This document shows, piece by piece, positions 8,922 to 21,642 of a stretch of 64,000 nucleotides of DNA (positions within the stretch are counted from its first letter, which is position 1; each line of letters opens with the position of its first letter). Source of the DNA: Convolutriloba macropyga. Taxonomy: Eukaryota. The DNA lies in contig NC_134478.1 of assembly GCF_964194025.1 (NCBI RefSeq), positions 45,942,001 through 46,006,000 of the forward strand, read 5' to 3'. The notes below the pieces were generated by a model. It was not told the DNA's origin. It made no database searches and saw nothing but the letters and a program-made list of their open reading frames with translations. Both the position numbers and the translations under genes were made by a program.

Positions 8922-11900
8922 TGAACTTAGCAATTGTCTACCAGTTGACAAGAATTTGAAGGAATGCGGTTGAATCACAGTAACAGTTGATTCGTACATC
9001 TAGTGTATTCAATTAGCATTGCAATTGGAGGAAGTTCTATTTTCGTATTTTGTATTTTCCGTTTGTGCCCCCCCCCCCCCCCCGCTTACTGGGTGCATCT
9101 TATTTGAACCTCACAGGAGCGCGTGTCATATTTTTATAATGATTTACTGTAGTGGCACGTGTTCTGCTCACGGGGGGGGGGAGAGTTCCATAAGAGTTCC
9201 ATCAGAGTTCCATGGTTTCAGAAGTGACCATTACTAGATTCTAGAACTTTGTCTCTCAGTTTTTTTTGTTTAGGTGTGTTGGGCGATTTGGCAATTGTCC
9301 ATCTGAACGTCAACGTATTCCACGATTGTATCTATTCCACCGAAAACACCAAAGAGATGGAACGATTCTGCAGTTGAGACGGGAATTTATACCTGCATGA
9401 TTTGCGCGACATCGCAATTCGAGTGTGCTCTAATGCTAAACGATGATTATATTGCGTTGATATGATGGATGCCTTATACGTTCACAGAAAGGAAAAAAAA
9501 CAAAGAGGCTAACCGCACTCAAGCTTTTATTGTCGTTTGAAGTAAATAAACGCTGATATAAAATTTGAGTGTAATTGCTAAAAAATACTTAAGATTTTTT
9601 TAAATTGAGTTTAATTACTAAAAATCCCCAAGAATTGATTTTGTAGCGGGTAATATTTTCGTTACTCGGATTATTATTAATAAAGTTTTTTCTCAAAAAG
9701 TTTCGCCGAAATTAAGTGTTGTCCGATTCGAAATTAAGTGTTGTCCGATTTAGCAAACTACCAAAAAATGCAAATTTCTATAAAAAGTAACGAGAATAAG
9801 TGGAAGTTTTGACTTATCTTCAGAATTACACGTTAACAATTTTGAAATGTAATGTATATTGGTATTTTGGTTGTTCACTCAACAAGTGAAACTATGACCA
9901 GCTTTTTGGACCCTATTTATTTCACCCCGATTTATGCACCCTATTATCAGCTCAACCCGATTTTTGTGCTTTATTTAATTGATACAATTAACATTCAAAA
10001 TAAGAGGTATTTAAGGTTTTTGAGAAAGGGTTTTGGGGCGAAAAGTTTGCGAGGTTAAGTAACATGGGGTTGCAAAGATGAAATATTAATAAATTATAAA
10101 CCAAATAGAAATTGAACAATTTCTTAGAATAAATGCAAATTGGTATGAAGAAAACAGATGTAATGATGATGAGGCTTGGGCGATGAAATAATGTAAATTG
10201 ATTGTGTTTCAGATCATAAATGTAAAACAGATTGAACGGAAATTACCTGAACATCAACATCGTCAAAGTATCTATTCCAGATTTCAGCCTTTGAAACATC
10301 AACAAAATACCAAATAAACAACAAACAGACGCTTAAGACGAATAGTTAATCGATCGGAAATTAGTCAATCGAATGAAAACTTGTCAAAGATTAGATGGCA
10401 AGTAAAACACTACACCACATTTATCCGACAGATACACGACAATTTGACGATGTAAAATAAAACCTTTCATTTGATTCTTTGAACTGCGGAAATCTTCAGA
10501 ACAGTTACCAATTATTTTTTCAACTTACAAGGTGATGGAAACATTTTAAATTTTGTATTCTGTTGTACATTTTGGATAGTATTTTGGTTTTTGCTGTACT
10601 TTGAGACAATTAACTTTTATGCACGTAATTGCCCTTCGTTGGTTTCGCAAAAATAGTCTCGTTGGTTTCGCAAAAATAGTCTCGTATTTGCCCTTCGTTG
10701 GTTTCGCATTAAATAATATTTCCTCAAAGGAAAAACAAGTAAAAATATTTTTAAAAAATGGAGCAGTTGAAATTGGAGCAGTTATAAATGAAGAAGCTAA
10801 TTAATTTTTGCGAGGAATTTCTTTGTTCCCATGATTGGAAGGAATATTTGAATGCTAAAAATAATGCTATAATTGGATAAACCCCCTTAATGTATTTCTC
10901 CTGATTGAATTTTATTGAAAGAATTGGAAAGAGTAAAAAACAGTTGGTTGAATACAAGGCTTTGAACCCGCATTCTACTCCGAAGATACTAGAGGTGAAA
11001 CAAAATAAAAATATAGAAAGCACGACGTTATAATTTTTGTCAGAACAACTCTGGTGTTGTAACTTATTCCCAACTCATATTACGAAGCCTCTGTGTTTTG
11101 AAGTCATATTAAAACCACCACTAAGACTAACTGTTAAAAAGGATTACCACCCATAGTTGAATTCAAGAGCATTTTATATTATCTTTTCAAATTTAAACGT
11201 TTATAGCTGGATGTCATCATACGAGAAGAGAAACTGCGCATCCAAAGATAAGAAGACTGTTTTGCTTGCAAGGTAACTGAATCGAATTATAGCCGACTAA
11301 TCTGGAACTTATTGTTACCCTTTAGGTTCAAGAATGAAACAATGACCGTGTTCGATCACCAATTTAGTCCTGGTATTTCTTAAAACTGAAAGCATTAGGC
11401 TAAGCGAAACATTCATCTATATATGCAATATTATATGGAGTATCATTTTCGGTTTTTCAGTATAGTAATGATACATGTAATGCATTACGGGTATAGGAAA
11501 TACGAGTAAGTTCCCAGTTTGCACGTGTAAAAATCTGTTTTTGTTGATTTAAGATAAGCATATCAATTACTGTCGGCATAAGCATATCAAATAATATTGA
11601 ATTTTTATATTTTTACTTAACAATTTTGATGTAATTGAGAACAATACGGTTATTGTCGAGCTATAGGTGTTTCAGGAGATAAAAATATCTGAACAATTAG
11701 TTCAGTTTCCTTTGTCACAAAGACAAAAAAATACTTTTCAGAAGAGAAAAATAAATATTTCAAGGGAATCTAAAAATTTGTAATTTTCATTTCTAACCCC
11801 GAAAAAGAAATAATTACAAATAACTAAATAGTGAAACAATGCTCAAGAAGCAAGTCAATATTCAGATTTTCTGTTTTTTTTTTCATTTCTTTGTGAAAGT

Positions 11901-13788
11901 TTTTATAGTTCACTTAAGTGCTCTCAAACGAAGTTGTTAGCAATTAAATTAGTCCTGTTGTCTTGTTATTCTGTGATTTTTCGCTTGACCGAATTTTCGT
12001 CTGACCCTATTAGCTTTTCGCACTCAAAATTGAGATAAACAGTTAACGCTCGTGGGGCAATAAAGTTCTCTTAGAGCCTATCGGTTGAATTGATTCTTGG
12101 TATGTGATTCGTCGAAACTGTTTTGGAAACATAAATTCATGCTGTGAAGGGCGGTTCTTGGATTTCTTAAATTTATGCGGTTCTTAGAGTTCACAACCCC
12201 CCCCCCCCCCCACACACACACACACACTTCACTTCTCCCCCAGATAAGCCCCCACCCCCACCCCCCCCCCCCCCCCCCTCACCATGCACATCGTAACCAG
12301 TACTGGTAACCCGTCCCACTCTCCTTGAGCTCACACCCCGTGATCAACCCACGCCACTTGCATGACTCAGAGTGTCCGTAGTATTTTTTATTATTTGAAA
12401 ACCATAAATATAGGAATGAGAACGTGAAGTTGTCTTATCCTTCAGAAAATTCGCAAATTCTCTGCTGAGAGCTAAAATCCACGTGTAAATTGGAAAATAA
12501 TGCGATAATAATGAAAAATAGGTTATCGTTTTTTGCTAAATTTTAATTAATGCAATTTCTTTGTTTCCCAAGAACGCGAAAAAGTGTTAGGCGTTTACTG
12601 TCAGCTTTACTGCTAAAAATTAGGAAAGAAACAACTTCAAAAAGTTGTCGAATCTTTTGGTGGAATGTCAAGATCTGTATGTGGTCCAATGAATATTGTC
12701 AAAAACGGTGCTCAGGTTATTGAATGTTAATGTAACGAGTTGGATAAATTTGCTGCAATGTGCTCTAAAACAGCTTTGGCCTTCGTCAATTAGGCGTAGT
12801 ATTTAGAAATTCTTACTAAAAATTCTAGGGAAAAAAATTTAATCAATGTCGAGAGGTTGTATTTTTCTAAATTATTATCAACAGCTTCAACAACGAGTAA
12901 AGCACTGGTTGTAAAGCGTGAACAACAATTCTCATTAATTGCTCTCGAAGGAAATGTGAAGAAATTAATAGAATTGTAATCTCTGGAGTATTTAGGCAAA
13001 GGAAGGAAAAAGACTGTTTTAAGCTGCTTTGCATGAAAGCGAAAAGGGGTCATCAATTGCTTTGCCGTACTCGGTAGAGGTGATAATTTTTCTGAATTGT
13101 GGTTGCATGCACGGTTTTGTCACGTTGTGCCAAGTATCATTTGTTTCAATTCATTGAACGAAGACCAGGCTGAATATCTGTCTTCCTTATATTTTCTTTT
13201 CTCATCATAGATCTTTTTGGTGAATGTACTAGGGAAGTGTTTTTATGGAAGTTTTATAACTTTGGCAATGAGAGTTTTAATGTTATAAATTCACATGTGA
13301 AATGCTTGAAAATAGTTACTGTGAAAACCTGAAAGCAGTGCAAGCAAGTTCTCAATAGGAAACTACAATAATAAGCAAAACAGGCACCTTAGAAGATAAT
13401 GACGTTGGTTTTCACACTAATTGATCAAGTAAACAAGAAAAACTGAATCAATTGATGTATATTTTCAATAATTCTATTTCTTTTCAAGAAAAGGGACTCC
13501 TAATTTTTCTTTTTCTTACCTTTTCACGCAGTGTGATCTCTATATCGTTAAAATCCTCCCAAATAACTTGGTCCACGCTGTCTTCTGTAAACTCACAAAA
13601 CTCGCCTAAGCCATTGAAATGGTCAGCAGAATTACGGAGTAAAATGCAACCGAACTTAAATGCCAAAACAGAGTTATGAAGTAAACTGGATAACATTAAT
13701 AAAATAATTGGTATTTAACAGCCGGGAAAAACAAACAAAGTTATTTTGAAATGCTAGGCTGATCACCAATACAGGTTAAACAGCTTAA

Positions 13789-13920
13789 ATTCAACTAGAA
13801 ATTGACCTTTAATGAATGAGCATTGGATTCGGTGTTAACTTAGATATTCTCAATTTTTTCATTCATTAAGTTATAACCGAATCCAATGCTTATTCATTAA
13901 TGGTCAATTTCCAGTTGAAT
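13789..13920. repeat. Hairpin, 54 bp arms and ~25 nt loop
   Basis: ATTCAACTAGAAATTGACCTTTAATGAATGAGCATTGGATTCGGTGTTAACTTA pairs with TAAGTTATAACCGAATCCAATGCTTATTCATTAATGGTCAATTTCCAGTTGAAT. Confidence 0.85.
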
Positions 13921-13959
13921 CTCTTGCAGGATGTTGTCGTTAAACAAAGATGTGTCTTG

Positions 13960-15855
13960 TTTGTTTGTCTTTTTACTGGCAGTAATGTAATCTGATCACG
14001 ATACGAATCGGTGTTTCTTGAGTATTTATTGCTTCAGGTAGCGCGGAGAAAACAAGTTACAATTAATATGTACAATCAAGAGTTCGAAATAAAGCTGAGG
14101 TTTAAATAGAAATAGAAGCAAAAGAAAGTTAAACCTGTACTTCATTTCAAACTCCCAATAATTTATACTGGTTGTAATTTTTGTCTGAATAACGTTGCCT
14201 TAAGCAGCAAAAACTCATGAAACACTGGTGGTTATCCTGATCGCATCATATTACTGCTATGAAAAAAATATAAATATGACACTTTTATGTTTACCAATCT
14301 CATTTGATTAGTTCGTTAGTTTTTTTCGTATTAAATATGAATCAGAACTGTTTGTCGATTTATTTTAAATAACCGAGTTGCAGTTTGTGATTTACAGGAA
14401 GAAGGGCCCCATATTGATACGTGGATGCTATTTAATTTGGGCTGAAAATTTTGTTTTAAGTTTAAATTAGTCTAAAAAATGCAATTGTGTGAGTGTGTTT
14501 GTAAATATGTTGCTTTCCGATTTGAGCTTGACATCTGGGGATCATAAGCAACTGGTGATTGCAAGGAGTTCTCTTGTTGAAACTGAAAATTGCGAAGCTT
14601 TCGAAAAGCTAAAAAACTTTCAATTTTTTTCACTCTTTCTTAACTGTTCCCACAAATAAGATATCATACAACTCTGTGAAAACTGCTGTTGCCAGTAGTG
14701 ACCTATTAATTATTAGGAGAAAAGCAATCTGTTCATTCTTAAGTTCTTCAGATCTTATTGTAAAATATATCAACTATGTTTTTCTTTCATAATACTTCGA
14801 AGTGACCTGTCGTTTCGCGCGTGATCAGTTGACTCTGATTTTTTAATCCATTTGTTAGTTTTTTAATTAATATTTTCCTTATGCAAAAAATTGAGAACTA
14901 CAAATTTTTGGCCTAATTTTACCCTCAGTAATACTTTTCCCTTAAATTTGTAGGCTTCTTTTTCTATGCTTTGTTTATTTGTCTTTTTAAGGCAATAATG
15001 TAATTTGGTCACGATACGCATCGGTGTCTCATGAGTCTTTAATGCTTCAGTAGCTCGGAGAAACATAAGCTACAACTAATATGTATAATCAAGAGTTTGA
15101 GATAAAGTTCAGATTTAAATTGATATAGAAGCAAGAGAAAGTTAAACCTCTACTTCATTTTAAACTCGCAATGATTTATTTTGGTTGTAATTTACGTCTG
15201 AGTTACATTACCTCAAGCAGAAAACTCATGAAAGACTGACCGGTATGCTGATTGCATCATATTACTGACAGGAAAAAGAAATACAAATAAGGCACATTAA
15301 ATTTTTTGTTTTGATTGTTTTATTCATATTAAGTTTCAATCAGAATTGTTTGCCGATTTATTGGGAGTTGAGGTGCAACTTGTGATTTACAGGTGCAAGA
15401 GCCTCATATCAATTCTTTAATCTCATTTAGTTTGGGCTGAAAATTTTTAAATTTTTCGTTAAAGTTTAAATTGGTCTGAAATACAATTGTGGGGCTGTGT
15501 TTGTAAATACGTTGCTTTTCTATTTGAGCTGGGCATCTAAGTGATTGCAAGGATTTCTCTTGTTTAAACTGAATTTGTGAATCGGTCAAAAACTTTCGAT
15601 TAATTCTCTTAACTGTTGACGCAAATAAGTTATCGTACAACTCTTTGAAAACTGCTGTTGCCAGTTGTGACCTATTAATGGATAGAAGAAAAATCTTCTC
15701 AGTGTTAAGTTCTTCAGGGCTGTCGTTTTCCACGCAATGGGTTGACTCTGATTTTATTTACCTATTAGTTAATTTGAATTAACAGTTTTTCTTTTATCAA
15801 ATAATTTGAGAACTACAAATATTTTGGCCTAATTTCATTGTCTGTAATATTTTTA
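13960..15855. repeat. Old ~1 kb tandem duplication (about 13960-14940 and 14970-15855)
   Basis: Collinear diverged copies, e.g. GGCAGTAATGTAATCTGATCACGATACGAATCGGTG vs GGCAATAATGTAATTTGGTCACGATACGCATCGGTG; both end near TTGAGAACTACAAAT..TTTTGGCCTAATTT. Confidence 0.85.
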
Positions 15856-16244
15856 AAAACTAATTTTTCCTTTTTGTCGATAATTCTTTTACTATCAAGC
15901 CGCTTTTTTGTGAAAATACTAACTCAGTTACATATCGCAATGCCTATGTGTTCAGTTTTTGAAGTTGCCGCTCTCACCTTTGTTGATGCAATTTAATAAC
16001 TAGGTTGGAACTTTGTGCGGACCCATTATTGACCTTCCTTGTTCTTCTTTTTTTCTATGGTCTTGTGGATATCTTTTATCTAGTTTAACTGTGCGCGGTT
16101 TCAGCACCAAAATTGGTTATTCTGGGCGGTAAATCAATTCATGCTTTCCTTGCAGAGTTCACGCTTGAGTTACTATTTCGTGATTCGGTCGGAAATGTTC
16201 TCTCAATGTTTCGATTGGCAAAAAACTAGATCTCATTTTGTGGA

Positions 16245-16247
<3 letters not shown>

Positions 16248-16293
<46 letters not shown>
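16248..16293. repeat. (CT)n microsatellite
   Basis: Read directly. Confidence 0.95.
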
Positions 16294-16297
<4 letters not shown>

Positions 16298-16878
16298 TCA
16301 TTTTTGGCTCCAGAATCAATTCGTACGTTTTTGAAACCAAAAGTAATTCCTAACCAAGTTCCTTCAATTTGTATTGAAAAGCTCAATTTTGATCATTTTT
16401 TTCCAAAATGCGACGATTTCTAGATAAAAGTACGGTTTGTCGTTTTTTGTAACAGAGGTTTTCAAATAGATGCATTTTTTTGCAAAACTGAAAAAGCTTC
16501 TAGTTTTTAATTCATTTCCACTTTATATGTACTTATTATTGACTGATCTTGGCAAACCAATTGCCATGTCAAGCCTTTGGACGTATTTGTGTGCGTACGT
16601 GTTTTTCTCTTGTATTTTAGTACTGTATCCTTCTCATCTTTCTTTCATTGATAAAAAAAGGTCTCGAATATGTTGGGGAAACAAACCTAAGTGAGATCAC
16701 TTGCCAAGATTTTGGGTGGATTGGGGTTTCAATTGAGTACATCTGTGTTCTGCATTGCAAACGCTGATGCTCTCAAAGGGCGATATCAGTTTGTTTGATG
16801 TATAAGTTTTCGAAGTAATTCAATTACTGTTCAAACATTCTCGAATAGTTAGAACCGACTGAAATTGTTATAGATTAA

Positions 16879-17982
16879 ATGAAATTGCCTTTGTGTTTTG
16901 CCACATCGTTGGGTATAGGTAGTGTTCTGAGCTACAAGCGTCTATGCCGGAATTCAGACGAAATAAAGTGTCGATCATTTTTCGGAATCCCGGAAAACTT
17001 CATGGCGGAGCCAGTAACAAGCTACAAAGAACTTCAAGCTAACTCGAAATCGATGCGTAATAAAATGGAATTGTTCTTAATGAGATCGCAGCGCGATTTC
17101 TGCAATGCACTCGCGGCACACGAACCAGAAGCTTCATGGCGGATCGATAAATGGGAACGAAAAAGTGGAGGAGGTGGAATCAGTTGCGTTATGCAAGAGG
17201 GAAAAGTTTTGGAAAAAGCGGGCGTTAACATTTCGGTTGTTCACGGGGTTCTGCCGGCCAAAGCGGTAGAATCAATGAATTCACGCGGAAAGGCAATTGT
17301 GAAATCTCCAGCTCCGTTTTTCGCTTGTGGAATTAGTTCTGTAATTCATCCAAGAAATCCATACGTTCCGACTATTCACTTTAATTACAGGTATTTCGAA
17401 GTTGATGATGGTAATGGCAAAACATTGTCATGGTTTGGAGGAGGGACAGATTTAACGCCCTATTATTTAAACGAGGAAGATGCTGTATTTTTCCACCAGA
17501 TGTTGAAAAAAGCCTTAATGAAACACGGACCCGATTACTATAAGAAGTTTAAAAAGTGGTGCGATACTTATTTTTACCTACCACATCGAGGCGAAACTCG
17601 AGGAGTTGGTGGAATATTTTTCGATGACTTGAACATATCACAAACTCAAGATGAAACGTTTGCATTGATTAAAGATTGCGCTGAGGCAACGTTTAAAGCA
17701 TATATACCCATGGTCGAGAAACATAAAAACTCTGGGTATGGTTTAGCTGAGCGAAACTGGCAGTTGATACGTAGAGGTCGCTACGTTGAGTTCAACTTGA
17801 TTCACGATCGAGGAACCCAATTTGGTTTGAGAACCCCTGATGCAAGAATCGAGAGTATTTTGATGTCATTGCCAGCAATTGCTAAGTGGGAATACATGCA
17901 CGAGGTTAAAGGGGGCTCTGAGGAGGATAAACTGATGTCTGTGCTGAAAACACCTGTTGATTGGGTGCCTTTGACTGATTAA
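16879..17982 (+). CDS. CPOX: Oxygen-dependent coproporphyrinogen III oxidase (HemF/CPOX family), single coding exon
   Basis: 367 aa intact ORF with family motifs GGGGISCV, EKAGVNISVVHG, GISSVIHPRNPYVPTIHFNYRYF, WFGGGTDLTP, KKWCDTYF, RGETRGVGGIFFDDL, RRGRYVEFNL, RIESILMSLP. N-terminal extension and FMAEPVT segment are of the animal mitochondrial type. Confidence 0.97.
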   Translation: MKLPLCFATSLGIGSVLSYKRLCRNSDEIKCRSFFGIPENFMAEPVTSYKELQANSKSMRNKMELFLMRSQRDFCNALAAHEPEASWRIDKWERKSGGGGISCVMQEGKVLEKAGVNISVVHGVLPAKAVESMNSRGKAIVKSPAPFFACGISSVIHPRNPYVPTIHFNYRYFEVDDGNGKTLSWFGGGTDLTPYYLNEEDAVFFHQMLKKALMKHGPDYYKKFKKWCDTYFYLPHRGETRGVGGIFFDDLNISQTQDETFALIKDCAEATFKAYIPMVEKHKNSGYGLAERNWQLIRRGRYVEFNLIHDRGTQFGLRTPDARIESILMSLPAIAKWEYMHEVKGGSEEDKLMSVLKTPVDWVPLTD

Positions 17983-19089
17983 ACTACAAATACTTCAGAT
18001 TTTTATGAATATTTTTAAGCAGCTCTGTTCTATTGTGAGAATCCACCTATTTGAAATCAGACTTTGTTTTGAGAAATCACTGCGGACTTTACCCTTACAT
18101 GTCCGCGTTTTCGCTATTTTTTGCCTACTTGGCTACAAATAAGTAGTTTTTACAAAGATCTCAAAACATATCGAGCTGAAGGCAAAAGTTTCCCTACCTA
18201 TTTTTATGAAATAGGGAGTCACAACACCCGATTACCTATAACGCAGAAACCCTCAGACAATTTTGCAATCAAATCTGAAAATTCAGTGAAAGTTTGTTAT
18301 GCTGCTTTTGCAAAGAATTATGATAATTTAATTAATTTATATGGGAAGCAGAAGAAAAGATGATCCAGACGTCGACAAAAGGATCTATTGCCGAACCTAT
18401 ATTGAGCGGCTAAAATCTTTATTTCAGACGTCAGCCCAAAATTTGATTATCTGTAACAAATGCACTTATTTTCCAGTCTCATAAAAGCACAAACGAGAAA
18501 TAATACAATATTTTTTGATGTGCTAGGGCACTCTTTCCTTGAGATTAATACCTTCGGTGAGCTATGTTTAGAAATATTTAATATTTAAGCAAATTGAAGC
18601 TCTATTGGTAAAAAGAAATTGGTCACAAACTTTTACTCTAGAGATGATCGCATCGACATGATAAACTAGATCAAACTCAATTTAATTAATTGAGTTTTGT
18701 TGCAGCTGATGGAAGATAGCATGTGACTACTAAATATTTATTAACCGCCTCCGGAGCTTTAATGGTAATTAACGCTCTATTACACTGAGCAACCCAACAA
18801 AAATTTTGACCCTCAAGCTCGTAAAGTTTTGAAATTATTCGTTAGCATTGGCCCACTTCTTTGTTCAATGTCCATATTGAGCATCTAATGATTAAAGAGA
18901 AAGCCAACATGCAGTGCTTGGTTTATTCCGTGTATATCAATCACTTAGGACATAGACAAAGAACTGGACAAAAATTGATATTGGTACACAATAATGCACT
19001 CGACTCAATGCTACTGGTTTCATCTACAATCGTGAAAATTTCAACAAGATCTTGAGAGGAACGGAGCATTCATTTGCCAATAAATTATT

Positions 19090-19570
19090 GCAACGAATCA
19101 AAGAGAAAGGGAGTTCTGTATGTGATCACTCAGTTTAAGGAATGTATTGATACGAATTGTTTCGAGAATAGAAAGGTCAAAATACGTTACGTTATTGGGC
19201 ATTCGTATGCGGAAGCGCATAAATGTTTATGAAGAAGGGTTCAAAATGTATATTTGGCAACTAGTATATAAACGTCGATCGCGGCTGTCAAAGTTCATCT
19301 GTACTTCATCAGTTGGTATTTTTTACAAATAGGAGGTGTTCACCCTATGCTTTTTCCGGTGACTTGTTTGAAAGTCTTACCTTTTAATGTTGCACGGCCT
19401 GCACTTCTCGGATTTCGTCATCCTTGGGTTTCTTAGTTACCAAATAAATTCAGCCAGATAAATCAACCGCACTTAGCCTTCATGTGCGCGATGAATTGAA
19501 TTCAATATAAGTTCTGGTATTTGGTGTGGATTATAAAGGTTAGCTTCGAAAAGAGAAACCAATTTCGGCT
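19090..19570 (-). mobile_element. Highly degenerate Ty3/Gypsy integrase relic
   Basis: Minus-strand fragments ILNSIHRAHEG...IW...KCRPC (H2C2 zinc-binding-like), followed by EVQMNF and YILVA (rve N-terminus-like). Confidence 0.5.
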
Positions 19571-21642
19571 GTGCAAGGGTTTTTCTTAATGAGAACCAGT
19601 AATTGTTAAATCGTGTTTTGTCCATTTTTTTTCTCGACGAGTGCAATTTTTTTACGGTGGTCCGTTCGATTGCCTCCACAATAAAAAATTTTTGATGTTT
19701 CGTGAGCATAATGGGCCAATTCGTTTTTTTTTTTTCAATATCTCGCAGGTGTGTTACCAACGACAGTTTTTTGCACTCTGCTTCTGCTTGGCTCAAACAT
19801 GTAAGGAACGTTATACACTGTCCTCAAAGGTTCTTATTTAGTTTCATTTGAGAAATGGTTATCGGTAAATTTTAGGTTTTGGCTTTTTCACGTTTCGGTG
19901 TTTTTTTAAACAAGAAAATAGAAAATTTCAGAAATAGAAAATTTTAATTTTATTTAAATTTTTTTCATCTTTGGAAAACACTTCCTTTCTTATGAGGACT
20001 TTCATAATCAACAAACTAATTAGTTTTTAATTTTACAGAAACGAGCAACGTCGGGAAATTACAAATTTGAAGAGCAGTCTCGTAATCAAAATACAAAAGT
20101 GAAAAATAATTTTCAAAGAAAAATAAACTTTTATACTGTTTTTGAACCTCGCGATCAATAAACTCTCTAACTCTCAATTTCTTCTGTAATGACTTATACT
20201 AGAGAAGGTTAGATCGAACGATCTGCTCACACATCATGAGGAATACAGATAAAAAATAAGGTTTCTATCTTTACTTTTCAATAATGAGTTTGGTTGATTT
20301 GATGTTCATTCCATCAAGCAGTTTTTGTACGTCTCCGAGGTTTTGAAGTTTTTGCATTGTCAGTTCTGATTGAATAAGAAGAATGGTTTGCGAAACAGCT
20401 CTAGAGTTTAGAGAAGAATACATCTGCTTTTAATTTTACATTTTCAAAAATTGTTTTTTTTTGGAATTTTTGTTAGCTCTATATTGGCTGAAGTCTTCTA
20501 TTTTCCAAAAATTCTGTTGAATCCAAAAAAATATTGGTTCTTACAATGGTTTTTAATCTTCAGAAATGAGATGACAAAAAATTTAACAAAATTTTGAGGA
20601 AAAGAAATTTTGGGTCAAATGGTTAAATATTAAGCTTTAAGAATTACTCAGGATGATCAAAATTCCTCTAAAGCTAGCTTATTTTACTACAAACTTCTCA
20701 GTTTTTTAATCTTAAAGGTGTTTGTTTTCGATTTTTTGAAGTTGTCTTCCTTTTTCAATTTTCCGATGATTTTTTAATAAATGAAACTAGTTACGGAGGG
20801 CTACAAAATGGCATTTTTTTCATGCTGCCACTAAATCGGTGTTAAACTGGAAAATGATTTTTAAGAAATATATTTTCTTACAATGGATAGTGGATTTGTG
20901 TTTTAAGGTCTGGCATCATTGAGTATTGGCTAGTAGTATGTCACTGAGGAAGACGTTCAAAAATATTCGTGGACACAAGAACGTTCTGCAAGTAATCAGT
21001 ATTTTGAGTTAGCCCTAACTTGTAACAACCGTTTTTCAAATCGATTATGACAGAGTTCGATTGAACGGCTCCAAGAATTGATTTTCTTTCGAAAAAATGG
21101 TTTGTTAAGTGACAGCTTTGGTTTGAGATGTTCATAATTGACATTTGTCAGTGAGCTATCGAGTCAGAATACTTACAGAAGACTTAAAAATGTAATCGGA
21201 TTATGAATAACTCAAGTGGATTTGCTACACATAATCGATTGATTTTTGCCGGTTAAATAATTGTTATGGAACTTATTCAATAGGCATGTTCAGAACTATT
21301 TCCATTCTTAATACTCTATTTGACACATGGTGTAATTAAAAACGATTTATAATCGTGCCGATATGCTCTCCTGAAAAATAGGGTTATCTTGTGAGACTCT
21401 TGCAAGAGTCCTGCATGATAATAGTCTTTGGTGCAACCATGCAAGATGGCCCGTCATAGGCAAGAATCTTGCAAGATCTAGCAAGGCAACCATCAGAGTA
21501 GGAATAGGAAAGTTACATAATTAAATTAAATTTGCATAGGCCTCTAATTGGTTTGATGAGATAATTACAGTTAATCAATGAGAGAGTTATGCAAACGTGT
21601 TTGTTTAGTGGAGTATTTAGAATAAATTGGATGCAAATGGAA

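Noticed and set aside
15590-15680. Myosin-motor-like phrase (KELYDNLFASTVKRIN)
   Set aside because: Short resemblance only; no other myosin motifs, and the duplicate copy does not preserve it well.
16879-17982. Horizontal transfer of bacterial hemF, suggested by the lack of introns
   Set aside because: The N-terminal extension and FMAEPVT...MRNKME segment are of the animal type; a phylogeny would be needed to claim otherwise.
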